DNA of 63,983 nt, the filler included, from Rhabdomonas costata (taxonomy: Eukaryota), in the NCBI GenBank assembly GCA_019059605.1. It is 27 parts of 27 records of this genome, joined end to end, with 100 filler letters (N's around TTAATTAATTAA, not from the genome) between each part and the next. Parts side by side here need not be neighbours in the genome. Positions count along the whole stretch, not along the records: positions 61,714 to 63,983 come from JAHMHO010004383.1; 26 more parts are not named here. One strand, 5' to 3'. How positions within the stretch are numbered: position 1 is the first letter of the stretch; each line of letters begins with the position of its first letter. Below are positions 62,650 through 63,983 of this stretch, piece by piece. Below the pieces are notes generated by a model. It worked only from the letters and a program-made list of their open reading frames with translations, had not been told where the DNA came from and searched no databases. The translations under genes and the position numbers were made by a program.

Positions 62650-63983
62650 CCCACTGAGGTGCCGCTGAGCCAGCGCAAGCACAGCCACTCCAAGCTCGCC
62701 CTGCACCAGGCTTCGTCCCACACGCTGCACTGCGCCACGGTGCTGCCCCAGCCGAGGCACAGAGGCCCCCGCTGGGGCAGGGAAAGTCCCGTCTGGAGGA
62801 CCACAGAGCACACTCTCCGCTAGAACTTGCACTCCCAGGGCTTGCAGAAGCATCAGCAGCACAGGAGTGAGCCTCTGCCCAGAACAACCCAAACCAAACG
62901 CCGAACACCACAGGCAAAAAGAGATCCGATATCCCGACCATAGCAAACGGCGAGGGGGTGACTTGCGGATGTCGTGCGCCTCCGCTTCTTTCCACCGCTC
63001 CTATTCTACGACACAATCCATTGTGACTTTGCCTGTGCTGGTTCGGTGTTATATATTCCGCTTCCCACTGCACGCGTACTGCAAAAACGAATTTCACGTC
63101 GGGCGAACCGCATTCTCGCATAGGGTTCGCACAGCACCTTGTGGTCGGGAGGAAGTAGGGTGAAGTATAGTTCACACCCACGCCTTATTAGGATGGTAAG
63201 GGTATGGAGGCAAGCGTTTCGCTATTCATATCAAGGGCATAGGGGGTGAAGGCACACCAGAAACCCACACAGCTGCCTCCGCTGCGCTGAGGATGCTATC
63301 CTGAGCCGTGTCCTGGACAGCAGCTCAGCCCGCGCCCGTGCCGCGGTCTCCAGAGCCAGCACGACCTCCGCCAGCACCTCCCCGCAGCCCTCCAGAAGCG
63401 CCAGCCCAGAGCCCTAAGAAAGCATCGCAGTGGGCACTCCAAACACACCTGCATCTTCTGCTTCAGCTCAAATGCGAATGCAAGTGCCTTAGTCGATGTG
63501 GGGCGGAAGTTCATGCTGCCGACTGACGACAGCTGCTTTTCATTGGCCCAGCGTCACCGCTCTCGCGAGAGCCAACGCTCCGGCCGTGCAGAAGGGGGGT
63601 ACCATTTTGTTTGGGGCAAACCAAAAATATTCCAAAAGAATTCCGTGCAAACAGCAGGCCAGTGTTCTCGTTTGCATCTCACCGATAAAACCCTACCCGC
63701 ACATTAAAAACGAAATTCACCAATTCCTCTGGTTTATCGCCCAAACGCTAGCGAGTTCCAAGGACCACAGCTTCATACAAGCAGGAATGCACCCCAGCCC
63801 CTTCCTACCCGCTGGGACTCTTCACAGAGGCCGCTATCTAGCTTCGACCAGCCGAGGTCCCGCCACAGGTGGTTGTAAAGCTCCCTAGAAGAGGGAACAG
63901 TACCACCCCGGGCGCCAAGCAGCGAGGGCCGCAACACCGATGCCCAAGCGCCAGCCGCACCTCCGAAAATCTGACCCACAACC
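62650..63983 (-). CDS. Unknown Leu/Ala-rich helical protein, several exons
   Basis: AG/GT-bounded GC-rich blocks, e.g. GSGLALLEGCGEVLAEVVLALETAARARAELLSRTRLRIA and RELYNHLWRDLGWSKLDSG. Confidence 0.45.

Noticed and set aside
1..63983. tRNA, 5S/rRNA, intact SL RNA gene or CRISPR array
   Set aside because: No cloverleaf, rRNA-length match, SL exon with a GT donor, or repeat-spacer array was found by eye; tRNAscan-SE or Infernal would be needed to exclude them.

Overview
This window is not one locus. It is 27 unrelated contigs of about 2.27-2.30 kb, joined by 26 identical artificial 100-nt spacers (44 N + TTAATTAATTAA + 44 N), so nothing can be inferred from adjacency across a spacer. The DNA comes from an intron-rich eukaryote: GC-rich exons, GT-AG introns with very loose donor consensus, and microsatellites. 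A euglenozoan (euglenid-like) protist is the best guess, by inference from euglenid-type adenylate cyclases, CRE/SLACS-like retroelements and two spliced-leader-like motifs. Fold-back inverted repeats at contig ends suggest amplified or low-coverage DNA, so single-base anomalies may be errors. Recognisable gene fragments: a LOG-family nucleotide-binding protein, a BTB/KCTD protein, a FAM166-like axonemal protein, GT17-like, GT25-like and nucleotide-diphospho-sugar transferase-like glycosyltransferases, an ankyrin membrane protein, midasin, two adenylate cyclases, an ammonium transporter, a WD40 protein, and cadherin-like and other modular surface proteins. There are also decayed Ty3/Gypsy, CRE/SLACS, Merlin/IS1595 and Helitron elements. 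The best leads are: an in-frame TAG at a conserved Trp of midasin; an AT-rich virus-like island with a palindrome beside a dead MAPK-like gene; a nearly intronless bacterial-like gene with a myristoylation motif; an Amt whose conserved pore His is Cys; and relict spliced-leader-like copies. No complete novel multi-gene system can be demonstrated from contigs this short.
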